Assembly (NCBI RefSeq): GCF_963921235.1
Contig: NC_086109.1
Coordinates: 28,026,001 to 28,090,000, forward strand
DNA from: Mobula hypostoma
Lineage: Eukaryota
Length of the DNA stretch: 64,000 nt
Reading direction: 5' to 3'
Shown here: positions 62,516 through 64,000 of the stretch, piece after piece
How positions within the stretch are numbered: position 1 is the stretch's first letter
Layout of the letters: each line of letters begins with the position of its first letter
Made by a program: the position numbers and the translations under genes
The notes under the pieces: generated by a model
Told to the model about the DNA's origin: nothing
What the model saw: only the letters and a program-made list of their open reading frames with translations
Databases searched by the model: none

Positions 62516-64000
62516 ATCTTCTACGCTGAGCCGGCTTCAGGCAAGGCCGTTGCAACTGTGCTACAGGGACGTTTGCAAGTGAGACATGAAGTTGCTCGAC
62601 ATCAACACTGAGTCCTAGGAGAAACTTGCAGCCAGTCGCACCAGGTGGAGAAGCACCCTGAAACAACAACTTGTCAGGCGAAGAAATATTCCCGAAAGCG
62701 GTAGAAGACAAATGGGGCCATAGAAAGGAACAGCACCGTTCCAGTAGAGCTGAGACCACCTATAGATGCAACCCTTGCAACCGAGACTGCCAATCTTGCA
62801 TTGGTCTCATCAGCCATAGACAGTGTTATATCAACAACATAGATAGCTAGGATGCAACATCCATGGTTAACCTTGACCTACAGTGGGCCACCATCGTTAT
62901 GATGAGAATTAAATATGTTAACTGATACTGTAATAGAAAAATGATCAGATTGATTCACAGCTCCTCTGTGGTCTATCCCTGACTGCAAAACATCCAAGAC
63001 ATAGTAATAACTACCAACAAGAGTGAATTTATCATTGTGAAGGCCACAGTTTCTGAAAACCTAGTGGAACTAGTCATCTGATTTGTCAAGAGCAGGCAAC
63101 CTGTGGCAAATGTTTCAGTTCTGTTTTTTCATTTTTTTAAAACAATATATAAAGTGTGAGATTGGTGTGTAAATGAGTACTTGCCACTTGCCCGAAAACT
63201 GCAGTTCCAACAACTCTAAACATGCTCAACATTATCCAATAGAAAACATTCTGTTCGATTGGTACCTCATCCTCTACCCTAAGCACTCATCTCACCATGG
63301 CTCACTGTGGCAAAAAGTTGTGCTATATTTTGCCAAAAGACTTTTAACACCACCTCCTGAGCACATCTATCTAGTTGACCTCACAAGGAGGCATATAGGA
63401 ATGTAGTTTTATCTCTAAATATAATGTTCTCCTGCTTTAGAGATGTAGCTCTGTTCCTTCATTCTCACTGAGGCTAAGCTCCGCAAATCCCTCCTCTACC
63501 AGAGTGAGAGAGCACCTTCATCAGACAGATGGTGGCGTTCCAAGGAGATGTCTCTACACCACTTTCTTTAAGGTAGTTAGGTGTCATAAGATAAAGACAG
63601 CATTACATAAGTAAAGGTGCAGAAATAGATAATTAAATATATTACAGAATGGAGAATTGTCATATATTATATTAAAAATAGAAAGCTGACAAGTATGATA
63701 GGACTTGACCACGTTCCACTCCATGGTCTCTACAGGCAGGCTAACTAATTATGCCTCTCTTATCATTACTGAGGTGTCTGTTATCAGTGCTGAGGCAGTT
63801 CAAGCTGGAAACAAGTTTATTGAATACTGGGGCCATTGTTCATCTTATAGGATGGTGAATAGAGTGCTTGAGAAACATCGTGGAATTACCCAGAGCTATC
63901 TCTTGTCTGTCCACAAGAAGGTTAGACTGTCCCCTTATTCCACATTAGATACCTAGATGGGTATGTAAGAACCACAAATAATGTATTGTATTATCGGTCT

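Larger units (their letters stand above)
58130..62900 (+). mobile_element. Decayed near-full-length RTE LINE with nested insertions
   Basis: APE remnants (CWNVWT, DDFNARV, HQLDLILV); RT remnants (GKAPGNDGIP, CNNYRGI, YIAFIDFTKKFDSV, GVIQGRVLAP, FTYLEATIS); many frameshifts. Confidence 0.85.

Overview
Repeat-rich vertebrate genomic DNA; the repeat families (CR1, Rex1/Babar and RTE LINEs, V-SINEs, a Deu-type SINE, Penelope-like elements) suggest a cartilaginous fish (inference). Host gene: one 44-nt first coding exon on the minus strand (25821-25864, MATNQDGCSVKVAL-R|gtaag) matching the start of a KIF21A/KIF21B-type kinesin, with a CpG-rich promoter (GC boxes, CCAAT boxes, RFX X-box). Positions 1-25820 are probably its first intron; I found no exon 2. 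Main mobile elements: (1) a full-length, frameshifted Gmr1-like LTR retrotransposon (43683-50321; ~97% identical LTRs, CTCT target duplication, tRNA-Pro-like primer site, SCAN-like capsid, unusual PR-IN-RT-RH order); (2) about a dozen Penelope-like 3' ends carrying minimal type I hammerhead ribozyme motifs (CUGANGA-stem-GAAACGUC), two of them as large inverted duplications around GIY-YIG endonuclease sequence; (3) a hAT-like element holding a fold-back mariner MITE, a hairpin MITE and a 261-bp segment also found just upstream of the KIF21 promoter; (4) a decayed near-full-length RTE LINE with nested insertions. All calls come from reading the sequence by eye; no searches were run and LINE fragment boundaries are approximate.
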